Positions 38,718 through 52,084 of a DNA stretch of 64,000 nt are shown one piece after another. The DNA comes from Callorhinchus milii (Eukaryota): assembly GCF_018977255.1 (NCBI RefSeq), contig NW_024704742.1, positions 113,152,001 through 113,216,000 on the forward strand. Reading direction: 5' to 3'. Numbering within the stretch: the first letter of the stretch is position 1; every line of letters starts with the position of its first letter. The notes below the pieces were generated by a model. That model made no database searches. It was not told the DNA's origin and saw only the letters and a program-made list of their open reading frames with translations. The position numbers and the translations under genes are program-made.

Positions 38718-39041
38718 GGTGTTTGGGTTGGAGGAAGGGATGGGGATGGGGAGGATGGGGAAGAAGGGGGGAATGGGGAAGAAGGGATGGGGAGGAAGGG
38801 GATGGGGAGGAAGAGGGTGGGAAGGATGGGGATGAAGTGGGATGGGGAAGAAGGGATGGGGATGGGGAGGAAGGGATGGGGATGGGGAGGAAGGGATGGG
38901 GATGGGGAGGAAGGGATGGGGATGGGGAGGAAGGGGATGGGGATGAAGGGATGAAGGGATGGGGATGGGGAGGAAGGGATGGGGAGGAAGGGATGGGGAT
39001 GGGGAGGAAGGGGATGGGGATGAAGGGATGAAGGGATGGGG
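38718..39041 (+). repeat. Purine-rich satellite (GGGATGGGGAGGAA)n
   Basis: Direct reading of the sequence. Confidence 0.95.
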
Positions 39042-39099
39042 TGACTCTGAACCCAAAGACCAGGGTTTAGGGTTGAGGGTTGAGGGCAGCTCCAAGAAA

Positions 39100-39664
39100 G
39101 TGAAGTGTGAACCCGATCGGGGATGTGAGTGTGTTTCTGTGTCTCTCCTTCGGGGAGACCGAGCCCCGGTGTCCGGGAACAGAGTTGTTCTGATCCATAA
39201 TGACTGAGCATTTTTAAAAAAATATATGGAACAATATTTGCGCTGGAAACCACTTCATAAGATAACGACCCCCCCCCCCCCCCCCCCCCACACTGGTCGG
39301 TAAACTTTAATCAAAACGCGTCTGCCCCGTTCATCGAACAGTCGATTAACACATATATATATATTTGTCATCGTTATTGAACATTATTGCGCCTTTTATT
39401 CCGCAAAGCCACTTAAGTGCGCTTTCTCTGGAGGCTCGTAGGAGTGAATCCAACGCCTTTAAATTGCGGGGCGAAGGTGCTTTGGTTCGCTGAGGGTGTC
39501 AGGCTCTCAGGAGCGGGGTCGGTGGGTGGGTGAGAGGTGCGTTGTCACCTGTGTTCAGATGCACAGTTCGGAGGTGTCCTGTGGAGATCGCTCGCCTTTC
39601 CTCCCACCCCTGTCTGGCGGTGCAGATGTGCAGGACAAAGCCAGTGAGAAAGGCTCACTGCGTC

Positions 39665-39695
<31 letters not shown>

Positions 39696-39950
39696 GTGTG
39701 GAGACTACAGCTCTGTCTCCTGTCTCTGCACCGCTTCCATACATCACAACAACGCCCGAGCCCCGACTGCCAAAGCAACCAGACTCCCTCCCACTGTATA
39801 CACCGGAGACCAGCGCGGGGAGGGGAGGGGAGGGGAGGGGGAGGGTGAGGGGAGGGGGAGATGCAGAGATAACGACCACAAGCTCAGTGCTGAGCAGATA
39901 AAAACGAACCCCGTTGCCATCTGCAATGTGATGCTCTATCCCCCCCCAAT
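39100..39950. promoter_or_regulatory. CpG-rich 5' intron segment with a (CAGA)n tract
   Basis: Many retained CpGs and no TE similarity noticed. Confidence 0.45.
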
Positions 39951-41859
39951 CCTCCCCTCCCTTTCCAAATGTTATTCTTAAAATGCACACGAGAGGGTTT
40001 ACTTAAAGCAACTGTCTCAGGTCTTTGTTGTGTGTGGGCACTGAACACAAAGCCAGAGAATTAATTTCTTGAAACTTTAATTTTTTTTCTTGGAAATCAA
40101 GCGTGCAAGTGGATCTGATATCTCCCACTCTCTTTGTGAAAGCACGGACTGCAATATTGCAACAGCATTAGTTATGTATTAAATGTAGCTCTGTGCAGGT
40201 GAATGATCAATATCACAATATTATATTATAGGTGCTGTTCCTCACATTATTCGGATTCAAATGAGAATGGCTTGAATTACAAAGCACTGATACAGTACCA
40301 CTTACTAATACAGATCATCACATTTGCAGTATTAAAATTGAACTTGCAGATCCATCATCAAACTGAATATTTCATTACGCTCTGAATTATTAATCACAAT
40401 AGTGCTTTAAACCTCATACTAGTGCTGTGTGCACATGTTTTTGCACAAGAGTGTTATGTGCGTTCAAAAGTACCTAAAGGGGTGGGTTTGGCTTGAATTT
40501 GACCTTTCAGTTGAATGCTGCAGGATGGATTTTTTTTCTCAACAAAATTGCTGAAGTACTTTTGGGAAGAAAATAAAAAGTTGTGCTGGAATATCTTTGG
40601 CTTCACTACACAAGTTTGCGATGAACCGTATTTGTTTTCTTTATAAAAAATGAATAAAGCGAGATGACTTGTAAACTGACACTTATGAGGTTACATATTT
40701 AACCTGCCTGCATGTGCATTTTATAAAAGGCTGTTTATAATTGAAGGTCTTCAGATGCTATTAATATGAAGTCAAAGCACTAATTGTTAATGAGAGAATA
40801 GCTTTGATGAATTTCTCTGGACTGCGCAGGTGATTTCACTGATATTCTTCGAGACTCCTCTTTTAAGTCGTTCTTAATTACTTGCAAACTGGACTAATGG
40901 CAAACGCCCTTTCTGTCTCAACTTTTTCGTTTCCCTACTTTTGCTTTTTTCCCGTGTTGGTCACTTTTCATTCTTACCTGTGTCTTTTTCTCCTTGAAAC
41001 AAATCAAAAACCTTCACCATCTTGCGCTGCCCTAACCTTTATATTCTTCTATTATCGTCTGTATTCCTCTTTCTGTACCCTTCGGTTTTCCAATTCTGGT
41101 CTACCTTTCTCGCTTTGTCTGTCCCCATGACTGAGCCAATGCCACTGCTTTTTCCAACTCTCTCCCCAACATTCTTAGCATTGAGCTCTCCCTCTCGGCC
41201 TTTAAATCCCTCTGTAAAAATATCTTTCGCTGTACCTTTGGTTTATACCCTTATATTTTCTTTTTTCGCCTGCTTCCTCCACCATTGTCTTTGTGAAGTG
41301 TTTTGTGATGTTCATCCTACATAAAAGAAGGTACATGGTGCACAAGCTATTGTACTGACTTGCTGCTTAGCTTGTGATTCCATATAAATCAATCAAGAAT
41401 CATATGATTGCCACTTTTAAATCATACATACCCGCAGTCAACATCACTTGTGTTTATAAAGATAATTAAAATTTTATTAGGAAAGCAGCATGATGCCTTT
41501 ATTTCAGTTTAATTTAGTGAATACTTATGGGAAAATAAACTTGTGAAAAACGTGTATTTTGATACCACTATTGATGTTGTTTGAGGTGTCATTTTGAGTT
41601 TGCAGAGGATTTGTAAATAGTGTATCTGTAACTCTTTCCGTATCCTGAAAACATAATTTAGAAATTGAAACTGAGATGCATATCCAAGTGGAGTTCTTGC
41701 CAGACATCTGTGGATGTGTGTAGGATTTGCTATTTGCAAATATCGTACATTAGATCCTGGAGATTCAAATTCAGACACACCTGACCAGTCGGAGGAAAAA
41801 AATTAGAGGGTTCATTGCCTCAGAATAATCTCTTGCCCCTCCTAGTGGCCAGTTACACA

Positions 41860-42045
41860 ACAGAAGGTAGATCTGCCCACCCTGAGGTCTGGTATGGCAG
41901 GACACAGTGGGAGAGGCTCCTTTCCCTTTTAGTACCATTGGATCTTTAAGGTCCACATGAAGAGGCAGATCGGACCTTGTTTATAAGGTCTCATTCGAAG
42001 GATGGCACCTTCATCAGGGCACCACTCCTCCAGCACTGCATCGAA
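41860..42045 (-). mobile_element. SINE family B fragment
   Basis: ggatctttaaggtccac..tctcattcgaaggatggcacct..cagcactgca. Confidence 0.7.
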
Positions 42046-42567
42046 TTATCATTGAATAGTTTTTGGGGAAAAAAATGAAAACTTTCTGGATTAAAGGAAT
42101 TAGATGAAATTGTTCCCAATGTAATTTGATACTTATAAATTGGTTAAAGTTCAAAAATAGAAGCCCCCCCCTTTAAGCTGTTATAAACATTTATAGGGAG
42201 AGGGCTAACAGACAACATGCTGAAGTGCTGCAATTGCTGTAGGTATTGTACAGTTAGAAAGGTAGTGGCATTCAGTAAAATATATGTTGCTTGGGTGTTT
42301 AAATTATCTTGACACCATGCTTCACTTTAGATATACTGTATTGCATCAGCAAATTAAAAGCATGAGCCAAAACATTGAAGAAGTAATATCTGAATGCATT
42401 TATTTAAAAAAAAGTTGAATGTGTAAGTTTTCATTTTTTTTTAATAGAGTGTTTATATTGATTATTGGTGTGAATGGCAGTAAGATCTCTGTGATGTTAA
42501 AGTGAAGTGCAGCGTAATCGGCACCATAGCTCAGATTTGGAATAAAAGGCAACATCAATATAATCGT

Positions 42568-42906
42568 GAGTCCTGTAGCTTAGTGGTTAGAGCACTTGCC
42601 TTGCAAGTGATTCCTGGGCATGGCAAAACATTGGGGAAGGTTTCTTTACTCCACACACCTCTGTTTACCTAGCAGGAAGTAGGACCCCAGTTGTTAGTCG
42701 ATTTGTGGATCACTTTTAAAAAAAATTAAAATAATAATTTGGTAACTCAATCCACGACTGTTTGTGGGACACTGCTTTGCGCAAGTGGCTGGCATGTTTC
42801 GCCCACATAATATACAGTCAATTCACTTTATAGTATATTCTGTGAAGCGCTTTGAGACGTCTCAAAGACGTGATAAGGCACTATATCAAATGCAAAGATT
42901 ATTATA
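42568..42906 (+). mobile_element. SINE family A (long form), followed tail-to-tail by an antisense L2 tail
   Basis: Family A head, body and tail, then acaacaatttacatttatacagcggctttcacg. Confidence 0.85.
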
Positions 42907-43809
42907 AACAACAATTTACATTTATACAGCGGCTTTCACGTTGGGAGGTTGTCTCTAATTACTTCACACAGCTGACTGGGAGCCCTAGCTCAGGGAGGGG
43001 GAGAGTGAAAGAAAGTTGAGGGGGAGCTTAGGTGTCTAAAAGTTTTAAATAAATTGAGGTGAAACACATTAATTGCAAAGCAGCTCAGCTCTCTTGTAAA
43101 ATGAAAGATCTCATCTCTATTATTTAGAAAAAAACCTCACAAATTCAATTAACTTTTAGCATTGTTACAAAGCAGTTAAACTTTGCTTGTAACAGAAATG
43201 TATGTTTATTGCCTGATAACACACTGTTTCAAAGCGGCCACCTGCTAAACTGTTTCATCACCCACATCTGTCATGCCACAGGATTTCTGTCAACAGCAGT
43301 CCCAAAAGCTTTTTACTTTACATTAAAAGACTTAATAAATATACTAAAATTAAATTTTTTACATTTTCATACATTGAAACCCAATGGAGCAGCAAAGCTG
43401 AATTTTGTACAGCCAGATTTAATAGTTTCTGCAGGAAGCTGCAGATTCCATAAGTATTAGGGAGTATTAACTGAAAAGCTGCATTGCTCTTAAGAGTGAA
43501 AGTTTTACCTCTGTAAAACTGCATTGTCATAAAACCTTTGTCATAAGTCACTCCTGTAAACTTAATCCCTCGATGGTCTTGTCAAAATGCATTTGTCTTC
43601 TCCCCCCTCCACCCTCCTTCCAAGTAATTCAGTCTTTTATAGTGGGAAATATTAGCGTTTAATCAGCAAGTAATTATGAATACTAATTCACCCAGGTAAT
43701 TATAGATTTAAGATAATGATTAAAAAGGATTTTTAGAAAAAAATACACAGAGGTTTAGCATTAGGTGATTGTACTGTAGATATCTCTGTCATAAACTGTT
43801 GCTGAAGCA

Positions 43810-43975
43810 TAGTCCATTTAAAAAAAATTAGACAACTCCTTAATAAAGAGGGCTATTAAAGGGTTTAGGGACCGAGGCAGAAGAGTAGGATTAGACTAAG
43901 CGGCTCGAGTGAGCAAAATACCAGTTTAGGCTCGATGGACCAAATGATCTGATTCTGTGCTGTAATCTATTATTC
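43810..43975 (+). mobile_element. CR1 3' end
   Basis: gctcgatggaccaaatgatctgattctgtgctgtaatctat. Confidence 0.6.
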
Positions 43976-45519
43976 TGAGTAGAGGAAATCTAAAGCCTCC
44001 TGGAATTGGCAGAAAGCAGCCTTAACCTGCAGTGACAGAGTCAAACAGATTACAGAAAACTCTTCTTATAAATTACGTGTGGAATTGTGAATAATATTTC
44101 ATCCAAATCACAGAAAATTTGCAAGGGCTGGAGACCACATATTCTTAGCTTAATAAAGAACAACTACCAGGTTTCCACAACATCCATATGTCCTTGGTAC
44201 ACATGTGTAAGTCCTTATGTAGCTGGCAAAAAATCAGAGAAATTTCAAGTCTACTGATTAACTTGAACTGCAAGTATCGTTTGAGTGACATTTTGCTTTA
44301 GAGTGGTGCAGGCTGTCAGTGGCAAGTAATATTGCTGCTCCTCACTGCTCTGTAGTTGGAAAAGCATCTGGCTTGGACACAAGCTCATAGCGCTACAAAC
44401 CGGTATCCAAGTGGGATGAAATATGTCATGCTGGTAAAGAATCCTGTCACCACTGCTTTAACATTAAGATGTTTACAGATGGTTTAGTGAACTGCCTATG
44501 AGCTTCTTTAGCTTGCATAATAAGCTTCCACAATTTGCTTTCGCACCAGCTGCAGTTATATTGCAACCCCTGTGAACCTGAAGCTATGTGGGACCATCTC
44601 CCCCACGTGGTTTTGCGCTTCAAGGGAAATGTTGAACGTCAGCTTGTTCAGCCGCAAGTACAGTATACTACGATTTGCGTATCCTTGCTATGCATAAAAT
44701 TGGCTGCTGCATCTCACCTGCAAAATACAGTCACTACACTTACAGTAATGTGAAGGCATCTGCCTAACATAAAAGGTGCTATATCAAATATAAAGACTAT
44801 TATTATTATCACTATGAAACTGATTTACATTGATGCCACATCTGCAATTTTTATTGCCCAGTTAAATGTGTTTTTGTACAGAGCACACAAGACACAGATT
44901 AGAAACTACTTGATAACGGGGTTGAAATGCTGTTGTAGCACGTTTGCTGACTGAAAGTGACCCTGTTAATACAATGAGGTAAATGATAACAGTGATAGAT
45001 GGTTTCTCAGCTACACAGAATAAAACTGGCAATTGGGTAAACTTGGCTTGCTCATTTCTGTGTGTTGTTCAGTAGGCCTTTGGATTTATTATTTTATCGC
45101 ACAATATCTTTTACTTTCGTGTCAACCAAATATTTTAGAATAGCACTGTTAGAAGACTAATTGGAGGCTAGTCTGCTGTTGAAATCACAGCTTGAATTCC
45201 TGGCTACAGGAGACTACTATCTAAAGCCTTTTATTTAAGACTACTATGATACACACAAACTTTGTTATACCATGGTCCTCTGGGTCCAATAGTTTGGAGG
45301 TCACGTTGGACTTCAGGATGACTCAAAACAAGTAGTACAAAGTAAATTTAGGGTTGCAAAAGGCAATTTCAGAACAAACATCTGGAAATGTTTCTTTACT
45401 AGTGAGTAATTAACAAATGGAAAAGGAATGGTGGTTTGTGGCCAGGACTCATTTACAAAACAGCTTGATGCTGTGATGAGAGGACATTAGAAGGTGGGAG
45501 TTCTGAAGGGTGAGATCAA

Positions 45520-45762
45520 ATGTTTACCCAGCAGTAAGTAGGGAAATCAGTTGGTAGTCGATTGGCGGATCGCTTTCCTGGGGGTAATAATAATCCCTCC
45601 TCCAAAAAATAATGTGGTCACGACTGTTTGTGGGACAATATTGTGCGCAATTGGCGGTCGCTTTTCTCACAAAATAGTCAATTCATTTTACAATATATTC
45701 TGTGAAGTGCCTTTCAACAATGTGAAAAGATGCTATATCAAATGCAAGTATTATTATCATTA
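45520..45762 (+). mobile_element. SINE family A 3' part, nested in a CR1-like 3' remnant
   Basis: The host reads ..gagatcaaatg|SINE|tatgggctgaagg.. Confidence 0.75.
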
Positions 45763-45802
45763 TATGGGCTGAAGGTTCTTTTTCATCCAAACCAATCTAA
45801 AC

Positions 45803-46961
45803 CTTTCTCACCGTCTTCACTTTGTCTCGACGAATGGCTTCTCCTCCACCCCCCGCACTGTCTCATGTGGTGTCCCTCAGGGCTCTGTCCTTGGTCCCCT
45901 CCTCTTCACCCTCTATATGCTCCCCCTTGGTGACATCATCCGCAGACATGGAGTTAACTTCCACATGTATGCGGATGACACCCAACTCTACCTTTCCTCC
46001 TCTACTCTCAACTCCACGACCACCGATGTCCTGACAGCTGCCTGTCCGACATCGAGTCCTGGACGAGAGACAACTTTCTTCAGCTCAACGTGCGAAAAAC
46101 CGAGGCCCTCCTGATTGGCTCACGTCAGCGCCTCCGCACCTCAGGCGCTGACACCATCAGCATCCAAGGCTGCACTCTCCACCTCTCAAAGCCAGTCAGG
46201 AACCTCGGCGTTTTGTTCGACCCTGAGCTGTCCTTTCTCCCTCACATCCGCACCACAACTGGCACCGCCTTCCATCACCTCCGGAACATCGCCAGACTAC
46301 GGCATTACCTCACCCCTCACGCTGCTGAAACTCTGGTCCACGCCTTTATCACCTCAAGGCTGGACTATGGGAACTCTCTCCTCGCCGGCCTTCCCGCCAC
46401 CTCCCTCCACAAGCTGCAGGTCATTCAGAACTCTGCAGCTCGTGTACTGTCCCGCACCAGGCTTCGGGACCACATCACTCCCACCCTCGCTCGCCTCCAC
46501 TGGCTCCCCATCCCCCAGAGGATTGATTTCAAGATCCTCATCCTCACCTACAAGGCCATTCACGGCCTTGCTCCCTCCTACCTCTCCAACCTACTATCCC
46601 CCTACCTACCTGCCCGTACCCTCCGTTCCTCTGGCTCCGGTCTGCTCCACGTCCCCCGCCCCAACCGCCCTACCATCGGTGGTCGGGCCTTCAGCCTCTC
46701 AGCCCCAGGCTCTGGAACTCCATCCCCCAGTGCCTTCGCCTTGCTTCTTCCTTTTCCTCCTTCAAGGCCGGTCTCAAAACCTTTCTCTTTGACCGTGCCT
46801 TCAGCTCCCCTCTCGACTCTCTTCCCCTCCTCGCTCCCTCCCTTCCCTACCCTCACCCTGACCATTTCCCCCCTGCTCGGGTCCTGACCCAACTGTGCAG
46901 CGCCTTGGGACGTCCTCCTGACGTGAAAGGCGCTTTATAAATGGAATCTTGTTGTTGTTGT
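45803..46961 (+). mobile_element. Young 5'-truncated L2 LINE
   Basis: VPQGSVLGP and YADD (frameshifted), C-terminal ORF 46090-46887, (TTG)n tail. Near-identical to the copies at 14.7 and 52.8 kb. Confidence 0.95.
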
Positions 46962-46985
46962 AATGATCTTGTGATAAAATCTTGT

Positions 46986-47304
46986 GGAGTCCTGTGGCTC
47001 AGCGGTTAGAGCACTCGCTTTGCAAGTAAGAGACCTGGGTTCGATTCCTGGCAGGGTGAAACCTTGGGCAAGTTTCCTTACTCAGCATGCCTGATAATAA
47101 TCGCTCAAGAAAAAAACAATAATAAATTGGTAATTTCAATTCACGAATGTTTGTGGAACACTGCTGTGTACAATTAATTGGCTGCCGCATTTTGCCCACA
47201 AATATACAGTCAATTCACTTTACAGTCTATTCTGTGAAGCCCTTTGAGCTGTCTAGAAAACGTGAAAAGCACTGTATCAAATGCAAGGATTATTATTATT
47301 ATTA
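46986..47304 (+). mobile_element. SINE family A, full length
   Basis: Family A sequence with intact B box gttcgattcc. Confidence 0.9.
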
Positions 47305-49516
47305 TAAAATATGGCTAACGTATGGGAGGTCAGGACTCACTGACATCACTTCCTACCTGAAGTGACATCAGCAGTGCTTCCTATCCATAATATGTCTTCT
47401 CAATGCCCTGGGGGTGATATTGGCAGCACTTACTGCTCATAGTTTGCATGTGCAATGTGCAAGAAGTGTCATCAGCAATGACTTGACAACCGAGATGTCA
47501 GACCGTTTTTAGCATGGGAAGCACTTATGAGCACTGGAAGCCCAATGTACTATACTTCCTATTGGAGCAGATCCACAGGACACCAGTCTGTAAGTGAGGC
47601 CATGCAATATTGTGCGATGGGATGCTAGAATAGGGTTCTCCTCTATCTACCTGGTTAGATTCTCATTTACAAGGTGCCTTACACTGACTTAATTTTTTTT
47701 ATTTGCTTGTTTCGTAATGGCATTTAACTGACTTTCATACTTTCATTTTACTGTTAGATGTTTTATGGTTACATCTGAGACAAAGCTTTAATTGAAAATA
47801 CACTGGCTTGAGTAATAAATCTTAATATAGAATATTATTGGAAATACTTCACTATGCTTCAGAAGTATAGTACTTTGAAGCACCTTGAGACATTTTGAGA
47901 TGATGAGGTGCCATAAAAATGCAAGTTCTTTCTTTACTAATTTATGAACCAAGTTGAAAATAGAAGTGGATAAAGGTTCTGCCAATGACCCAGTGACACC
48001 ACCAAGTAATGCATTAAGCCACAGGCACTAGTGCAAGGTTAACATTTTTAATCTTGCTCCGTGCTGAGTTGCTTGACCTTAGCTGCTGCATTAGCTGTGG
48101 TGGTACAATTGGCTTCAATGCTCCCTTGGATAAAGAAGGAGAAAACAAAGTGGAATACTTTGTCAACATTTTAAGCCAAAAATTCCACCAAGACTTAGCC
48201 TGTAAGACAACAATATGTTTGAGATATGTTCGTCCTATGTGAAAAGGGTTAAACAAGTGGAGGAATTTGTTTGTGTTTAAAGTAGACTCATCTTTCACTG
48301 TGGGTAATGATGCACGTAATACCTATTGCATTAAATAAATGTAAAAGTGTGGAGTGGTTCTTGTGTTTTTTAAACAGTACTGTCTCCTCCATTTCAGTGA
48401 TGTAGCGATGAAACCCATTTCAGTGCAATTACATAAGTGGTATAAACCCTATTCAATGTTTGACTGCTCTTATGCATTTCGAAGTACGCATTTATTCCCT
48501 CTGTTGGATCACCGAGGCAATGCACGAGTGAAAGTGCTATTTTTGTTGAGTCTATAATTGTCACTAATGTCACAAGGCCAGAACGAAGCTTGTGATGACT
48601 GGATACGGTTTGATTCATTTCTTCTTTACAAAATTCCCTTTAGCTGTTTTGGTGTTGACTTATAATTGTAGTCATAGTCTTGTATAGCTAAATGTGTTTT
48701 TTCAAACACTTCCAAATGTAGTTTGTATATTGTAATCTCAATGAATTTTTGATTTACCAGATGATTTGGTTACTTCAAGAGTCAGGACATCTGGAATGTT
48801 TTTAATCAATATATATATATTTATTTGTTGATATATACTTACGCTGGTCTCAGACAGTATCAAACCTGTTACAGAAAAGAAGGCACAACATGTTATTATC
48901 CCATTACAGAACACAACAGACCCGGCCCTTGTGGAGGAGGGGTTGCTCCCTCGGGGTTCTATCGCTATTTGCAGGGCGCAGTTACAAATGGTGTCTTGTA
49001 CTCCCCTCTCTATCCCTCCCCTTTTAGTGGGGAGTGTGAACAAGTTCACTACACACAGCTTGTGCACACATTTTTTTGGGACACTCCCTTTAAGACAGTC
49101 GAGAATCACCCCAGTGTGCACTACATCCATGTGAGCACCCACGGACACCCTGATAAGGCGCATTTGTTGCTTTCGGATGGTGCCCCGATGTGCACCATAC
49201 GTGCACATGTTTACCTAAAACACACGTCAGGAAACCTTGCAAACACAAACCCATACACATACACTATATACCCAACCAGTCCCACCCTTGTCACTGCGCC
49301 GTCCCTGCTGGGGTTCTGTTCTATTTTTCTACCGGAAGCAGTTTAATAGTTGTTCAATATCATTGCTTCCTTTGGTATCAATTGTGTCAACCACAGTCAA
49401 GTTGTACAAACATGTGTTACTTGTTGCTAAGGATTCTTGGGTCACTCACTATTTTACCATTGGTGATTTTTGCACACTGAAAATCATTAAATAATTCTTA
49501 ATCCTTGTATATTTAG

Positions 49517-49552
<36 letters not shown>

Positions 49553-50366
49553 CCTCGTATTTGATATCATGCCTTTCACATCAGAAGGCCACCCTGGAGC
49601 GCTTCAGGGGATTGACTGTAAAGTGATAATTGTGTATTTTGTGGGCAATCTATTAACTCCACCAGTGATTTTTTTCTGGTGGCAGTCCTTTTACTAGGGA
49701 AATTTAGAAGATGATGTAAATGGTTAAAAAAGTAGCCAATGCTGCAAGATGGGAATTGCAGAGAATTCTGATTAAGTAAAATCAATGTGTTTATTTTTTC
49801 AGTGGCATAAGAAGTTGCAGCTGAGTTATAATTTGTAAAAGCCTTTAGGGTAATACTGTCTAAGGAATGAAAACTAGGATTTTGGACTACAAATTCTAGA
49901 TTTGTTAGTAATTGCAATCCTTTCAGAGGAGGGCGAATTTATGTCATCGACAAACTGCAAAAAACACAATGAAACAGTAGCTAGTATTACTCCAGTGAAC
50001 TATGTGACTAGTATTGGTGAACACAGTCCAAGATGGGACAAAGCTTATTTTATCAGTTTTATGTCTAGTGAGAATAAGATGGCATAATATTTGGAACCTC
50101 TGGAAATGGATGGGGACATTATGAAAATATATCAATGTTCTTTGTTCTATATTGTTGACCACTCTGCCCTCCTTGATGCCTCTCCTCCCTTATCTACCTC
50201 CATGGGCCTGCACATTCCTAGTTTCAATCCTACAATTTCCTTCTTATCTCGTTTCATCCATAAAATACACAGTGACTGGATTTTACAATATATTCTGTGA
50301 AGCGCTTTGAGATGTCTCAACGATGTGACAAGACGCTATGTCAAATACAAGGATTATTATTATTCG

Positions 50367-50533
50367 AACGAAGCACAACACAAGCTCGAAGAACAGCACT
50401 TCTCCTGAGGGCTGTATCCTTAAATCCGCTCCCTTCCAACATCTCCCAGCTCTGACGAAAGGTCAATTCGTTTTCCGCTCTTCATAGATGCTACCTGACC
50501 TGCTGGGTATTCCCAGCGACTTCTGTTTTTATT
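50367..50533 (+). mobile_element. Penelope-like element 3' fragment
   Basis: Encodes NEAQHKLEEQH (resembles the C-terminus of the PLE GIY-YIG domain), then ctgacgaaagg (truncated hammerhead) and the shared block atagatgctacctgacctgctg..ccagcgacttctgtttt. Confidence 0.7.
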
Positions 50534-50619
50534 TATTATTATGACATGACCAATTGCCTGTACTTTGTTTCCTCGAATGAATCCTTCTTTCGGTCTCACA
50601 CAATTACCTGTGGTATAAT

Positions 50620-51360
50620 TCAAGGCTTTATCCTAGTGCCACTCCTTTTTCTCATTTACATGCTCCCCTGAGCAAAGATAAATTAATAAGCACATCTGCA
50701 GGAATGACACCCAAAATACCTGTCCAATTCCACCCTTGATTGCAGAAATAATGTTCTGACCATTTGCCTGTCAGACATCGTCTTTGAATGTCAACTTCCT
50801 TCAGTTAAACAAGAATAAGACGAAAACTATCCTCCTCGGCTCCTGCCAATGCCTCCTTGCCTCTGGCTCCAATTTCCTCCTTACTGACCTTTCTTTCCAA
50901 CTTACTGGACCAGCCTGCAACCTGGGCATTCAGTATAACTCTCAGCTTGCTTTACTCCCTTACATCCAGTTCCTGATGAAGACCGCTTTTCTGCATCTTT
51001 CCCACATTGGCCACCTCTATCCTTATTTCACGTCCATTGCTGCCAAAACCTCATTTGTGTCTTTGTCATCTTGAGACGCAACTTTTCAAATGCTGCTCAT
51101 CTCCCCAGCTCCACCATTTCCAAATTCCAGCTTATCCAAAATTCTGACACCCACGTTCTTACCCGAATCCTTACCCGCAATACACTCTTACACTCATCAC
51201 TGGCTTCCTATCTTCCAGCAGATTGAGCTTGAAATAAATTTGCTGGAAAATACATGGCAAGTGATCAGTTACAATCCCTTCCTTCAGTGCCCTCAAAGTC
51301 CTTACCACTGTGATCTTCTACAGCTTCACTCTTCTGTTCATCCCTTTATCTCGGCAAACT
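50620..51360 (+). mobile_element. Old, decayed L2 ORF2 fragment
   Basis: NFLQLNKNKTKTILLGS, NLGI and HWLPI motifs. Confidence 0.8.
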
Positions 51361-51677
51361 GAGCCATGCTGCATATATTCTGTCCCCTTCACCCAATCTG
51401 TATCTATTTTTTGGTCTCAGTTTTCAACACAATTGATTCTGCCCTGACAGCCTTCTGAAGCAGTTCATTCTAGACTTTCACAATCCTTTGTATTAAGATT
51501 TTGGATCTCAGGTCTAATCATTGTAGGTCTAATTATATGGTTTTGCCCATTTGTTTTGGATCACCTGACCAAGAGCCAATCCACAATCTAGGTTTTGAAC
51601 ACTCAGTCATATCAATCCTAAACCTTCTCAGGTCTAAGGAATTGTGTTTGTTGTAATACAAGAGAACAGAGGTTTAG

Positions 51678-52080
51678 ACAAAATGCAAAATACTCCAGAT
51701 GCTGGAAACCTGAAACAAAAACAGAAGTTGCTGGGAACACTCAGCAGGTCAGGCAGCATCTATGGAGAAAGGAAAGCGAGTCAACATTTCAGATCCACAA
51801 CCCTTCATCAGAAATGGGGTCTGTTGGAAGGGAAAGGCTTTTAAGGACTAACGAAGAGGGGGGAGGCAGGGCAAGGAAGACAAAGGGGAAAATGGGTTAG
51901 CGGACAGGGAATGATGGATTAAAGAGGTGTTAATGGTGCAAAACAAGGGGGATTGCAACAAAACAGGGAAATAGAGATATTAGTAATGCAAAACAAAGGG
52001 GTGGGGGGATGGGGGTGGTGGTGTAAATTGCAAACAAAATAGGCAGGCCAGAAAGAAAAGGTGTGTCTGGGACCCAGATG
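51678..52080 (-). mobile_element. Penelope-like element pseudo-LTR/3' region with hammerhead motif
   Basis: Antisense reads CTGATGA-AGGGT-tgtgg-ATCT-GAAATGTT-GACT..catagatgctgcctgacctgctgag. Confidence 0.7.
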
Positions 52081-52084
52081 ATGT

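Noticed and set aside
38648..39253. Pro/His/Ile-rich ORFs
   Set aside because: Artefact of the GGGAT/GGAA satellite.
46090..46887. 265-283-aa ORFs here and at 14724 and 52679 as genes
   Set aside because: C-terminal fragments of truncated L2 ORF2 that read into the 3' UTR.
48825..49346. 173-aa ORF as a protein-coding gene
   Set aside because: Non-ATG start, no domain similarity recognised, and overlapping ORFs on both strands.
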